Source: Octopus sinensis (lineage: Eukaryota). Taken from it: 64,000 bases of DNA. The translations under genes were made by a program, and so were the position numbers. The notes beneath the pieces were generated by a model, which worked only from the letters and a program-made list of their open reading frames with translations, was not told the DNA's origin and ran no database searches. Below are positions 1 through 12,702 of this stretch, piece by piece. Numbering within the stretch: the stretch's first letter is position 1; every line of letters starts with the position of its first letter. The DNA lies in NCBI RefSeq assembly GCF_006345805.1, contig NC_043002.1:73036001-73100000 (forward strand), in the 5' to 3' direction.

Positions 1-351
1 ATTAATATATTATTATCTTACATGTTCGCTTATTCATTCCGCATGTATCTTCACATGTCGCCAATTTATCTCTTGATCTCTTTAGTGGTTTTGTTGCAGG
101 TGTTGATACTTGTAAAAATGATAAAAATATAAACTGCAACTCACTGCAAACAGTTTTGACTTACTACTGACAACCCAACAATCTGTTTAAATTTGAGAAA
201 AATTTCAAGTAACTGCTAATGAAATCTGATGTTTTAATCAATGAATGATGTTGAATTTAAGTAGCTTAACTCACATCTTGAATTTCTTGAAACCATCCTA
301 TTTCTACCCATCCACATGTTAGCTTTGCTTACTGACAACAAGCTGATGAGT

Positions 352-550
352 TCTTCTTTTATTCTTTTAAATTTTTCAGTCATTTGATTGCGGTCATGCT
401 GGAGCACCACCTTTAGTTGAACAAGTCGACCCCATGACTTATTCTTCGTACACCTAGTACTTATTCTATCGGTCTTTTGCCGAACCGCTAAGTTACAGGG
501 ATGTAAACACATCAATATCAGTTGTCAAGCGATGGTGGGGGGAATAACAC

Positions 551-585
<35 letters not shown>

Positions 586-816
586 GACACACACACACGC
601 ACACACATAGACATACACACACACACACATAGACACACACACACACCCACATATATATATGACGGGCTTCTTTCAGTTTCTCTCTACCAAATCCACTCAC
701 AAGGCTTTGGTCAGCCCGAGACTATAGTAGAAGACACTTGCCCAAGGTGCCATGCGGTGGGACTGAACCCAAAACCATGTGGTTGGGAAACAAGCTTCTT
801 ACCACACCTGCACCTA
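352..816 (-). mobile_element. SINE family A (tRNA-derived head, internal TA/TG microsatellite, A-rich tail)
   Basis: Minus strand has tRNA-like head with B box GGTTCAGTCCC, then ACCTTGGGCAAGT, a microsatellite and a tail ending CAAATGACTGAAA...AAAAGA; about 20 homologous copies or half-copies in the window. Confidence 0.85.
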
Positions 817-1084
817 ATATTTATTAACATCTATTTTAACATTTATCTACCCTCCCATCCTTTCCATTTTTCTGTCCCTATTCTATCCCTCACATTCACC
901 TTGTTCCTTGACCTCGCATCTCTCTCTCTCTTTCACAATGAGGAAGCCCTGCATTCAACCCTTCAGTAAAACACTTGTTCTTCTCCCTCTATCATACTCT
1001 CACATCCCTCATTAATATACCCCACACAATTGAGGTATGTTATCTTGTGAGTACTTCTCTTTTATCTTGTTTCAGTCATTAGAT

Positions 1085-1375
1085 GGCAACCATGCTGATC
1101 ACAAGATTGTAGTTTCAATTCCTGGTCTGGGTAGTGCATTTGTGTTCTTGAGCAAAACACTTCATTTTACACTGCTCCAGTCCACTCATCTGTAATTGAG
1201 TAATGCTGTTACAGACTAGTGCCCTGTTCAGTGGGGAATGATCATGATCTCTGTCGCTTATATGCCAAGGAAACTTGATAACTGGCCTTATGAGCTTTAG
1301 GACTCAAGACAGTAATGTCCAGCATTGCGTGATGGTGATGGTGATGGTGATGATGATGATGATGATGATGATGAT
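1085..1375 (+). mobile_element. SINE family C (CORE-like), degraded head, (GAT)n tail
   Basis: GTGTTCTTGAGCAAAACACTTCATTT...CCAGTCCACTCA core shared with 32777-33023 and 51130-51385. Confidence 0.65.
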
Positions 1376-1901
1376 TACAAGGACTTAACTGGCATTTTAT
1401 TTTATTGATTCCCAAAAGGATGAAAGGCAAACTTGACCTTGGTGGGATTTGGACTCAGGATATTAAGGAGCTTGAACAAATATTGTTAGACATTTTTTGT
1501 TCCAATGTGCCAATAATAATATCACTTTAGCTGTATTATATAGAACCATCTATTGACAGAAATTTTCGCACTTGCATATACATGTGTGTGTGTGTGTGTG
1601 TGTGTGTGCATGTGTCAGTAATCTTGTGCTTAAGTATGTATACAAGAATGAGTCCATGTATGTGTGAGTATGTGATGCAGAATTGGATATTTCATGTCTC
1701 GATCTGTTTTCTAGTTACTTGTTAGTTTGTTTTTTTTTTAATGTGAAAGACTACATTAATAAGACATTAATATCAAAATCTATTTCTGCCAAATTTCCCT
1801 AATTGATTGACACTTTAGTAGTTTTGTGTAATTTCAATCTGATAATTGCTTGCCCAAGGACAATGTTGAAATTATTGTTATTATTAACATATTATTTTTA
1901 T

Positions 1902-2240
1902 TTATTACCTCTGCCTTAGTGAAAGGTGGAAGTATTGTTTTGTCATGTCTGTTTGTTTGTCCTTGGACAAGATATCTCAAGAACTGCTAGATGGATTTGG
2001 ATGAAACTTACAGGGATGTTTGGCCTCATGACTGGCATGAACTGATTAGATTTTGGGATCGATCCAGTACTGGACAACGATTCTGGATTATTTTTCCGGT
2101 TATTTTTTTTACTTAATTTTTGAGAGCGGTCAGGTTTATTTTTAGTATTCCCGTTTGTGAGAGCAGTTGAGTATATTTCAGATATTCTCATTTAAAAATT
2201 ATCTCTGGCTAATCGTTGATGTTGTCTTGAGCGAGGTTTA
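1902..2240 (+). mobile_element. Helentron-associated non-autonomous element (HINE/DINE-like), 3'-truncated
   Basis: Starts TTATTACCTCTGCC, has GTTT/GTCT tract and GATGGATTTGGATGAAACTT; homologous to the full copy at 17121-17487. Confidence 0.7.
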
Positions 2241-3084
2241 TGTATGTATAGGTGCAGGAATGGCTGTGTGAATCTTAGTCTTGCAACACTGGTGTATGTC
2301 ATCCTCTTTGTGAGGCCTCTGTCATTGGCCATCGTGATGAGGAGACATGTTTTACATGTTAAGGAAGGAAGTTCAATAGGTGATTATATTTGATACCTAG
2401 TTGACAGCTTTTTTGATTGATGAGGCTTGAGGGTTATCCGAGGTTAGTGTCCCAGAGGTGTCATCATGCATAGAGCTGGCCAGGTCCACCAGTGTTCCTC
2501 TATATGCATATGTGTATACTATTTTTCATTTTTATATATTTGAAACCTTACCAGAAGGAGCTGGTTTTTGACATAATAACAATGATCCATCACTCAAATT
2601 TACATGACAATAATGGAAAAGTGTTAGATGTTGAACTTTAGTAATGTCTTGTACAGTTTTACTGTTCCATTTAGGGAGTAAAACTTTGTTTTAATTTTTG
2701 GTTAATTAAAATTTCAAAATACTCTTTCTTATCTCTTTTGAAACATATTTTCATTAATACTAATGACTTTTCTTTTTAATTAAAGCTGGTTAGAAATTAT
2801 TTTTGGTTTGTTACATTAAGTATGGTAGCCTCCACTCATCTATGCATATATACATTAGTATGTGTGTATTAAAGGAAAGATTTATATGTGTGTGTGTGGT
2901 GGTGGGGGTGATATATGCATTTCTTTTTTTTTTGTGCCTTTTTTTGTCCAAAACAACTAAATAAAAAATTGTAAAACACACACATACACACACATGCAAT
3001 TATAGTTATAGAATCATGAACAGGTTACAAGAGTATAACAAAAGATTGTGATACTAAAAAGTAACAAAATGGGAGACTGAATAA

Positions 3085-3536
3085 CACTGGTCAACAACTT
3101 TTGAAAAGTTGTGTGCTTCTTAAATGAGATTAGTCAATTCCTATGTATTTTCATGTCCTGAATCCAAATATCACATTGAAAAATACTTATTAGCTGTAAG
3201 CTTAAAGATACACGACATGTAATATTTGATTATTTTATTATAACGTACAATATGTGTCATTATGTTTAAAGCTCTAGTCCATATCTACTCTCTGCCTTTT
3301 TGCTTGACCCGTATAGAGGGCTGAAGAATAATCTCTTGCCAATGTCCAAGCAAGCATCGTTTTGCTCCATTTGCCCTGGTAATGCTTGTCCATGGTTGAA
3401 ATATCTTGATGAAACCCTTGACCATGTTCATCAGTAACTGCCCCACAGTTTTAACCATAATATCCATTATCAGCGACCTAAAATTAGTTGGAAATTACTA
3501 CTCTGGACTCAGAAACATTTTGGTTGTTGCCCTGTG
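3085..3536 (-). mobile_element. Internally deleted DNA transposon, ISRm11-like (IS630/Tc1/mariner-related)
   Basis: TIRs CACTGGTCAACAAC / CACAGGGCAACAAC, TAA on both flanks; minus strand 3450-3331 encodes NCGAVTDEHGQGFHQDISTMDKHYQGKWSKTMLAWTLARD, matching the SDEHGERFHQDI..YQG transposase C-terminal motif. Confidence 0.7.
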
Positions 3537-3832
3537 TAATTAATTATGTGTAAGGTAAATTAGAAGTATGTCAAAGAGCAGAAATTTAATTGCAGCAGAT
3601 GCTATGCCTTTATTTAGTTATGTCTCTTTATGTTTTGAGTTCATGTCCTGCCCAGGATGGCTTAACCAGTCATAATTTCCTGATCAATAATGTATGCACC
3701 AGTCAAGAGCTGTGGTGGATTACATTGCTTAAACCCCTATTTGAGCCTTTTGATACCAACCCACTTGAGACCACTCTTGGGTTTGTGATCTTTGAAAGTG
3801 AGTTAAATTAAAATTTTCCACCAAAATAATAC

Positions 3833-4198
3833 AGGCACAGGTATGGCTGCATGGTAAGAAGCTTGCTTCCCAACCACAAGGTACTGGAGTGTCTTCTACT
3901 GTAGCTTCAAGCTGACCAAAGCTTTGTGATTGGATTTGGTAGATGGATACTGAAAGAAGCCTGTCGTGTATATATCTGTGTGTGTGTGTTTGTGTCTATG
4001 TTTCTCCTCCTGCCATCACTGCTTAACAACTGGTGTTGGTGTGTTTACTTAGCATTTGATGTGTAACATGGAGTTTGGCAAAAGAATAAGCACTAGGCTA
4101 TAAAAATAAATTCTGAGGTCAATTTATTCATCTAAATCCCCTTCAAGGTGGTGCTCCAGCATGACTGCAGTCAAATGACTGAAACCAATAAAAGAAAG
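3833..4198 (+). mobile_element. SINE family A
   Basis: Head (partly deleted), microsatellite and tail homologous to other A copies. Confidence 0.8.
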
Positions 4199-4215
4199 TT
4201 TAAAAATTTTTATTT

Positions 4216-4432
4216 AGGAGTGGCTGTGTGGTATGTAGCTTGCTTACCAACCACATGGTTCCGGGTTCAGTGCTGGAGTGTTTGCATCCCCGTAACTTAG
4301 CGGTTCAGCAAAAAGAGACCGATAGAATAAGTACTAGGTTTACAAAGAATAAGTCCTGGAGTCAATTTGCTTGACTAAAGGCGGTGCTACAGCATGGCCA
4401 CAGTCAAATGACTGAAACAAGCAAAAGAGTAA
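4216..4432 (+). mobile_element. SINE family A, internally deleted
   Basis: Jumps from B box (GGGTTCAGT, about 4272) directly to the 3' half; the middle and microsatellite are missing. Confidence 0.8.
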
Positions 4433-4451
4433 GTTCTAAACACCTGCTTGA

Positions 4452-4590
4452 TTATTCCATCCATTCATCCATTTTTGTCTCCTACTATTCCGAGGTGAGT
4501 CACAGGTGTAGAGTCCTTAGACACCTCCTCCATAAGGTCCAATCAGAAACAACTGTTATTAATCTTTCTTGTCAGAGCTGTGACATTCTG
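4452..4590 (-). mobile_element. RTE (Rex3/Expander-like) LINE 3' end
   Basis: Reverse complement aligns with 27783-28040 (GGACCTTATGGAGGAGGTG...AAAAATGGATGAATGGATGG). Confidence 0.55.
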
Positions 4591-4967
4591 GTTCCCAACC
4601 ACTTCCTGGACCCATTTCAGGGTCACAGGATCTGCAGCCTTTGTGCTTCAACACCACACATACCGGAACAAGTTGCAGGTTTATTGATGTACTGGCATTG
4701 GGTGGAGATTGCAATTTATTTTTTGAGCTAAGATCTGAATATATTCCCGGTCAAACCTACACAAACAGACATTGCGATGTGGTTATTTTCTCTAAACCTT
4801 TTCATATTGCAGCTTTTGGTAAACTTATTCATGCCAGGCACCACCAAGTTGGCACTTTTATTGGACTTGCAATTTCTGCCTTAAAAATGACAAAGTTATT
4901 TTATTAAATTCTTCATTAATTTCAAAATTAATTGAAACTAAGGCAGTGTATTTCAACAGATAACATT

Positions 4968-5123
4968 ATCATCATCCGCCTCCTCCTCCTCCTCATCATC
5001 ATCCATTTTCCATGCTGGCATGGGTTGGATGGTTTGACAGAAGCTGACAACCCAGAGAACTACACCAGGCTCTAGTTGTCTGTTTTGGGCTGGTTTCTAT
5101 GGCTGGATGCCCTTCCTGTTGCC
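4968..5123 (-). mobile_element. SINE family E 3' part
   Basis: CCATGCTGGCATGGGTTGG...GGATGCCCTTCC next to (CAT)n. Confidence 0.75.
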
Positions 5124-5547
5124 ATGTGAAGTTCAACATCTAACTCTTCCCCATTATTGCCATGTAAATTCAAGTGATGGATCATTGTTTCTATGATAGG
5201 AACCAGCTCCTTCTGGGAAGGATTCAATTATATAAAAATTAAAAAATAATATATGTATGTAGCTGTGTGTTAACTTTCGAAAACTCTGCTGGCAAATTAA
5301 GAAGCACCCATGTACACTTACCCTCATACATACACATATGCATGCTTACATGCATGCGCACACACACACACACACACACACACATTCAAGTAAACTAAGC
5401 CTTTACTTTGATTTTTAAAATAGACTTTGGTCTTGTCATGTCATCATATTTGCATCATAAATGCATGTTTCTCATGAACTGGTGATGTAAGGTTGACAGG
5501 TTGGTCTACTGCTTCAAGATAGCAGAAAATCCTAACAAATTATACAG

Positions 5548-5549
<2 letters not shown>

Positions 5550-5619
<70 letters not shown>
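5550..5619. repeat. (TA)n microsatellite
   Basis: Uninterrupted TA run. Confidence 0.95.
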
Positions 5620-5621
<2 letters not shown>

Positions 5622-6680
5622 AAAGGAGATTCTTTATTGACAACCTCCAAATATAGCAACAGAATATCTAGTTATCTAACAGAAAGATTTTTCAATATCA
5701 GTTGACCATACAAAACAGGCACTAGATTTGCATTCCAGTTATGTGTACTGACCTAAATACATGTTTCTTTGAAGATTGCTTGAGAGAGAGAGAAAGAAAG
5801 AGAGAGAGAGATAGACAGACAGACAGACAGAAAGAAAGAAGACGTAGAAGTTAAGAAGAAAAACAATCTGTGTAATTTTAGTTGAAATTATGTTTAATTT
5901 AAATGCTTATTTGACTAAAAATGATATTACACAAGTTCAGTACATTCTGTTGGTTTATTTTAAAACCATCAAATAAAATCTTGGATTTTTTTACCCCCTC
6001 TGAAAGCAGAAACAAAACAAAACAAAACACAAAAACAAGACAAAAAAGATCTATTTGCCGTTTGCATTTATTTGCAATTTCCTTAAGAAAATAGGGAGAT
6101 TTTTCTCATAATTACATGATTGTGTGTTTTTATTTTGTTTTATTTATATCAGGACACACACACACACATTATACACAAAAAACAGAGAGACTAAACACAC
6201 ACACACACAAACTAAAAGCAATTGGTTTGAGAATTATTTCATGAGGAAATTACAAACTGGTTCTATCATCTCTGATGAACAAAGAGAAACATTCTTGGCT
6301 CTTTTTTGTTTGTTTTTCTTTTCTATTTTATTAATACCTTGAAGCAATAATTATTCTTTTAGTTCTGAATATTAGGTCATTGTTTTGTTTTTTTTGTTTT
6401 TTTTTCCATGGTTTTAGTTGGTGATTATTATTTAGAAAATATTCATCAAGACAATCCTAATATATAAATTGAAGTTGGAAGTATCATCTTCTACCAACAT
6501 CATTCTAAATGCTTGCATAAAACTTAGTTAATTTTCCTTATATCTGATATAATTATTGAGAAATAACCAAAGCATAGTTTTAACACAAAATAGCCTTCAG
6601 TGTATTTTTTTCCTTCCACTATGCTGACTCCCAATTCGTTATTTATAGTTTCACATGTCTGCAATCTCTCTCTCTCTCTC

Positions 6681-7081
6681 TCTTTTACTCTTTTACTTGT
6701 TTTAGTCATTTGACTGTGGCCATGCTGGAGCACCGCCTTTATTAGAGCAAATCGACCCCAGGACTTATTCTTTGTAAGCCTAGTACTTATTCTATTGGTC
6801 TCTTTTGCCAAACCGCTAAATAAATGCACCAGCATCGGTTGTCAAGTGATGTTGGGGGGACAAACACAGACACACAAACATATACACACATCTATATATA
6901 TATACATACATATATACGATAGGCTTCTTTCAGTTTCCATCTACCAAATCCACTCACAAGTCTTTGGTCAGCCCGAGGCTATAGTAAAAGACACTTGCCC
7001 AAGGTGCCACACAGTGGGACTGAACCCGGAACCATGTGGTTTGTAAACAAGCTACTTACCACACAGCCACTCCTACGCCTA
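6681..7081 (-). mobile_element. SINE family A, near full length
   Basis: A box TGGCTGTGTGG and B box GGTTCAGTCCC on minus strand, complete tail. Confidence 0.85.
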
Positions 7082-7162
7082 TCTAGTACAATTTGGACAA
7101 ACTTCTAACTTATTCATTTTTCTAAGGTCCAAGCTTCAGTTAGTTTCAGTCTTAATTTTCTT

Positions 7163-7370
7163 TTAACCCATTAGCGTTTAAACCAGCCATATCCAACCAA
7201 AATATTCTACCTGTTTTGTGTTCAAACTGGCTAGATCTGGTTCCCTCACACCTGCCGCACAATATCATTCTAAAAATAACAGTTACCTCATAAAAATCTG
7301 AAAGTTACAAGATAGTGCATGATTAATTGAAAACAATGTGAATAAATAAGCATTACAGTTGACAAAGTAT
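7163..7370 (+). mobile_element. piggyBac-like MITE, left part
   Basis: Begins TTAA|CCCATTAGCG; a complementary terminus GCTAAAGGG occurs at about 16839-16847; interrupted by SINE D. Confidence 0.4.
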
Positions 7371-7371
7371 A

Positions 7372-7692
7372 AAGACTCCCTTTGATCGTGAATGACCATG
7401 GGATTGAACCTAGAAAGTTCTCCTTTGAGGTACAAGTCTGGGCAAAGTTGTTTGTGGAAGACCAGCAGTCACCCATGCATGCCAGCCTCCCCCTCTCTAC
7501 ACTACTGATGTTATCCAAGGGAAAAGCAAAGGCCGATACAACTTGGCACCAATGACATCGCAACTCATTTCTACAGCTGAATGAACTGCAGCAGCATGAA
7601 ATAAAGTGTCTTGCTCAAGAACACAACACACAGCCTGATCTGGGAATCAAACTCCCTACCTCATGATTGTGAGCCTGATACTCTAATCACGT
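7372..7692 (-). mobile_element. SINE family D
   Basis: Colinear with the TSD-flanked copy at 49462-49802. Confidence 0.8.
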
Positions 7693-7864
7693 TGAAGGGG
7701 TAATAATCTGGAACTATTTACTTAGGAGAAATCAGTAATGTTAAGCTATCAGAGAGGTTACCCATGGCACTCCTCTCAAATATTTCTATTTTATTTGATA
7801 AATGGAAAAGAAGAGATGGCAGCCAAAGGCTTTTTAGTCTTCCTACATTATGAAGTTACCTGAA

Positions 7865-8076
7865 GGCAGTGAGCTGCCTAAAACGTTAGCATGCCAGGCA
7901 AAATGCTTAGCAGTATTTTGTCTGTCTTTACATTCTGAGTTCAAATTCCTCCAAGGTCAACTTTGCCTTTCATCCTTTTGGAGTCGATGAATTAAGTACC
8001 AGTTGTGTACTGGGGTCAATCTAATTGACTGGTCCCCTCCCCCCAAATTTCGGGCCTTGTGCCTAGAGTAGATAAG
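7865..8076 (+). mobile_element. SINE family B, full length
   Basis: 18-bp TSD ATTATGAAGTTACCTGAA (7847-7864 / 8077-8094); B box GAGTTCAAATTCC; core CTTTGCCTTTCATCC...AAGTACCAG. Confidence 0.9.
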
Positions 8077-8421
8077 ATTATGAAGTTACCTGAATCCTTC
8101 TTAATATTTGATACTATCAAACCAGATTTGAGTCTATTAAAAGCTCTCTAAATTCCATATAGAGTTGATTCATTTAGCAACTGTTGGACATTTTTGAAAA
8201 CCATTCCTTTACCTTTGCAGACCATTCTTAGGTTGGCAATCTTGAGAGATGGTCCCCAGTGAGAACCTCAGTTAATCACTGCCTACAAAAAGAGCATGGT
8301 TGAGAAGTGGCTTGGCTGGGGGTCTTGTGTGAATGCTTGTTACAGAGCAAACTCTGCTAAATGCACCCAAGGACCTGCAGTGGTGTTAAACTGTTTGACC
8401 TACGTGTCTTAAAAGTGAGAG

Positions 8422-8473
<52 letters not shown>

Positions 8474-9288
8474 CAAGAGCAAAGAAACAGATCCTTGCAT
8501 TACATAATCATTCTCAACTTGAGAAATGTTTTATTGAGATTTGAGGAGTTTGCTGCTCTTTGTTTGTTAATTACATTTTGCATAATATTAAACTTTCTGG
8601 TTAGTCTTGATAAGCACTTTGATCTGTAGATATACAAAGAAAAGTTCAAGTTGACAAGTTTTCTGCACTAAAATGGCCTCTGATGTATGACAGACAGTTG
8701 CCTTTACTCAAGTAGTTTGAAGCATAGACATACATAGACATCATTTAATAGTCACTCATTAGTCACAACATTAGCACTTTAGCCTTTAGAAGACACAAAA
8801 GTAGCCCTTGAGGAATCTTTATTTGTCAACAGGGTGAAATAGAACCCAAAAGTCTGGTGTAGTTTTAAGAAATTTCCTGATAAGTTTCTTGAGTTAAGAG
8901 ATTATCTCCCCAGCCTCAAGTGCTTGGCTGACAGCTGTTAGACATTTTGGAGTGGAACATTTGATACTGTAGCCTGTTATCTTTCACTATTACTTTTGCA
9001 GTTTGTAAGGAGAACTATCATGCATTCACACAGATACACATAGGAATAGATAGATATAGATATGCGAGAGAGGGAGGGAGGGAGGGAGGGGGAGAGGGCC
9101 AGGCAGGCAGGCAGGCCAGCAGGCAGCCAGACAGTAGTAGTTTTGTGAATGAAATGTATTGGAGGGTTACTGATAAATCTAACTTGCTTGCATGTGTAGG
9201 TTCATGTGTAAACATTTGTTTTGCAGTTGGAAGCAATAAAAAAAAGTGCTCATAAATTAAATGAAGTATATGAGTGTGTGTGTGTGTA

Positions 9289-9352
<64 letters not shown>

Positions 9353-10862
9353 TGTTATTTTGTACTAAGTTCTCACACTTAAGTTGATTAGCTGGAAACT
9401 GGATGTCTTGTAAGGAGTCAGTGTCCCAAATGTGGCAATTTGATATCAAAGAAGAAATTTGTATATTTCTTGTTTTACAAATAATGACTGTTGAGAGGAA
9501 AGAGACGGTGGGGTGGGGAATCCAAATGGCTATCTGATGGTGTTAGTCTACCCAACTAACAACAGCTTTCACTCCTATTTCCAAGCTGAATGGTTAGCAG
9601 CAGGAAGAATCTCCAGTTATTGAAGGAATTCAATAGGGGCCATATAGTCCATTTTGATGTCATCATGCCAAGGGTCAACTTGGCCAAGTACCATTCTAGG
9701 ATAGTTGACTGGCAGAACTGTTAGAATGTCAGACAAAATACCTTGCAGTATTTGTTTTAACTCTTTACACAAAGCCCACCTTACACAAATCCTTGGCCTG
9801 GTTGAATGGTAGACTTAACCACCTCTACACAACCCTTCAGTGCCTTTAATGTAGTTCACTCTGTTGCAAATATTCAGATCAGGCCTCCAGCATCAGGATA
9901 TGTTTCCCTTTCCTTCCCACAATTCTTGGAAGCCATGTAAAGGTCATGGGCTCTGCTTTTCCTCTTGACTAAGCAATTAAGAAATAAAAAAATGAAAAAA
10001 AAACAAACTATGTTGAAGCTATGTCTAGCTCAGCAACTGGACCTAAACCTTGGTACCATATTCCTCATTATGAGCAGAGTGGATAACAGTGACAATACCA
10101 CAGCTAATTACATACAGCTGAGGTTAAGTTGTGATTGCAAATCTTTCGCACTGCTGTGCCCCACCCCCTTTCTTTTAAATGAAATAAGTCAAAGCAGAAG
10201 AGCCAGTATCTATGGTCTTGGCAGACCTTCTACAAACTGGTGAGATTAGTGTGGTTCATGGTCAGCTTGGGTTGACTATCAATCACATCAGATATATATC
10301 TGTAGAGAAAATTTGAGTGGTGGGGGAGAGAATCCCAGAGAATCCCAGAGGACTGCAGTGTTGTGAGAAGTGAGTGAGAGAAAGAGAGAGAGGATTGGAA
10401 AAGTGTTTTTAATGAGAGTCCTGAGAGATGAGATAAGACTCTGTAAAAAAGATGATAAGAAGAAAGACAAGTGGGATACATGTCCCTGGGGTGGTGATGA
10501 TACAGTTATGTGGTTCACAGGAGCAAAAGCCATTGTGAGAGTGCTTGAAGAGAACCTGAGAGAAGTAACAGTTCTCTTGCAAGATAGTGCTTGAAGCAAG
10601 TTGAGGATTAAATCAAACATCCCAGCTGACAAATGAGCTACATCCAGTGAATTTCCATAATTCTTCCCATTCCTCTTGTCCTTCAATAATATCTTCATAT
10701 ATTATTTCTCTCCTTGACCATGACTGAATGTCTACACAATGCCTAAGAAGCTAAGGTACTGAGTTACTGATCACATAATTGTGAGTTCAAACTCCACTAT
10801 ACCATTAACTCTGGATTTTTTCTTTCTTTTTTAATTTTGTGGTCAGAGAAAGATGAACAATA

Positions 10863-11050
10863 CTCATCATCATTTAAAGTTTATTTTCCATGCTGGCATG
10901 GGTTGGACGGTTTGGCTGAAAACTGGTAAGCCAGGGAGCTGCACCAGGTTCCAATCTGATTTGGCAAGGTTTCTACAGTTGGATACCCTTCCTAACACTA
11001 ACCACTCTGAGATTTTAGTCAGGATTTTTATGTGCCACCGGCATGAGTGC
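10863..11050 (-). mobile_element. SINE family E 3' part
   Basis: Same E tail motifs as 4968-5123 and 18930-19110. Confidence 0.8.
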
Positions 11051-11333
11051 CGTTGTCGAGAGAAGGAAGGAAGGAGGAAGTTTTACTCACACTGCAGACT
11101 AGGCCTGAATCCTGGCAATACAATGGACTTCACTAAAAGGTACCTAAGGGCCAGGGGGCAGGGTGGATGTAGAAACTGTTCACTTGTTACCACAAAAGAG
11201 AGATAAATATATCAAGATATGAAGAAAAATGACTGACCAGAAATAGACTTCACCAATAATTCAAGGAATACAGCAATATGATGGTCTTGTGGAAACTGTT
11301 AATTTATTAACCCGTAGGCATACGCTGTACCAT

Positions 11334-11510
11334 AGGCATAGGAGTGGCTGTGTAGTGGGTAGCTTGCTTACGGACCACATGGTTCGGCTTCAGACCCACT
11401 GCGTGACACCTTGGGCAAGTGTCTTCTACTGTAGCCTTGGGCCGACCAAAGCCTTGTGAGTGGATTTGGTAGATGGAAACTGAAAGAAGCCCATGGTACA
11501 TATGTGTGTG

Positions 11511-11541
<31 letters not shown>

Positions 11542-11741
11542 GTGTGTGTGTGTATACATTTGTGAGTCTGTGTTTGTCTCCCCAACATCGCTTGACAACC
11601 GAACTTAGTGGTTCAGCAAAAGAGACCGATAGAATAAGTACTAGGCTTACAAAGAATAAGTCTTGGGGTTGATTTGCTCGATTAAAGGCGGTGCTCCATC
11701 ATGACCACAGCCAAATGACTGAAACAAGTAAAAGAGTAAAG
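11334..11741 (+). mobile_element. SINE family A
   Basis: Head, microsatellite and tail all present. Confidence 0.85.
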
Positions 11742-11847
11742 TGTAACCCAAACAAAGGTACATCTGTACAATTGATTTGTATCTTTCAAGTGATCTGTTT
11801 GATCATAAATGTCCAGAAGTTCGTTGTAGATATTGCTATATTATGGC

Positions 11848-12351
11848 CTCTCCTCCTCCTCCTCCTCTTCTTCTTCTTCTTCTTCTTCTTCTTCTTCTTC
11901 TTCTTCTTCTTCTTCTTCTTCTTTTTCCTTGTCTTCTTCTTGAACAGTTTCCACACCCACCCTAACCCCTGGCCGTTGGGTACCTTTTAGTGAAGTCCAT
12001 TCTATTGCCTGGATTCAGGCCTAGTCTGTAGTGTGAGTAAAACTTCCTCCTCCTCCTTCTACTCCCTTCTTCTTCTTCTTCTTCTCTCTTCTTCTTCTTT
12101 CTTCTTCTTCTTCTTCTTCTTCTTTTCCTTGTCTTCTTCTTGAACAGTTTCCACACCCACCCTAACCCCTGGCCGTTGGGTACCTTTTAGTGAAGTCCAT
12201 TCTATTGCCTGGATTCAGGCCTAGTCTGTAGTGTGAGTAAAACTTCCTCCTCCTCCTTCTACTCCCTCTTCTTCTTCTTCTTCTCTTCTTCTTCTTCTTC
12301 TTCTCTTCTTCTTCTTCTTCTTCTTCTTCTTCTTCTTCTTCTTCTTCTTCT
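11848..12351. repeat. 200-bp tandem duplication embedded in (CTT)n tracts
   Basis: 11923-12067 is repeated identically at 12123-12267. Confidence 0.9.
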
Positions 12352-12702
12352 AACCTCGACTCACTAGTCGTTGATAATCTTGGCTTTTTTTTTTTACAAT
12401 AATTTGTTCTTGTGTTTTCTTTTAAATTTGCCAACGCTATCAAACATGATGTTGTCAACTGCTACAAAAAAACACGCGCCGCCAATTCGTAAAATTCATG
12501 TCGCAACAGTGGGTGCAAGTTTATTTACCTAATTAACAAGAACTTTCACCCCTACTTCACAGCTGAATGATTACTTGTAAGAAGGTTTTATTCAGCTATC
12601 AAAAGAGTTGCTTGAGCAAAGACCATCTCATCAATGTTATAGAGAAACAGAGAAGTATTTGTAAAACAGATGGAAAATATAAAAACAACAAAATACCCCT
12701 GT

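Noticed and set aside
930-980. Possible Penelope-associated hammerhead ribozyme (also about 33315-33355 and 55090-55120)
   Set aside because: CUGANGA and GAAA cores are incomplete or mutated and I could not build the stems; would need an Infernal search
8200-8420. Acceptor-like CCTTTGCAG followed by GC-richer sequence
   Set aside because: All three frames stop within 45 nt and there is no clear donor
9760-10720. Possible CR1/Jockey-type LINE remnant or exon
   Set aside because: Only a faint HNGFCS-like similarity; not enough to call
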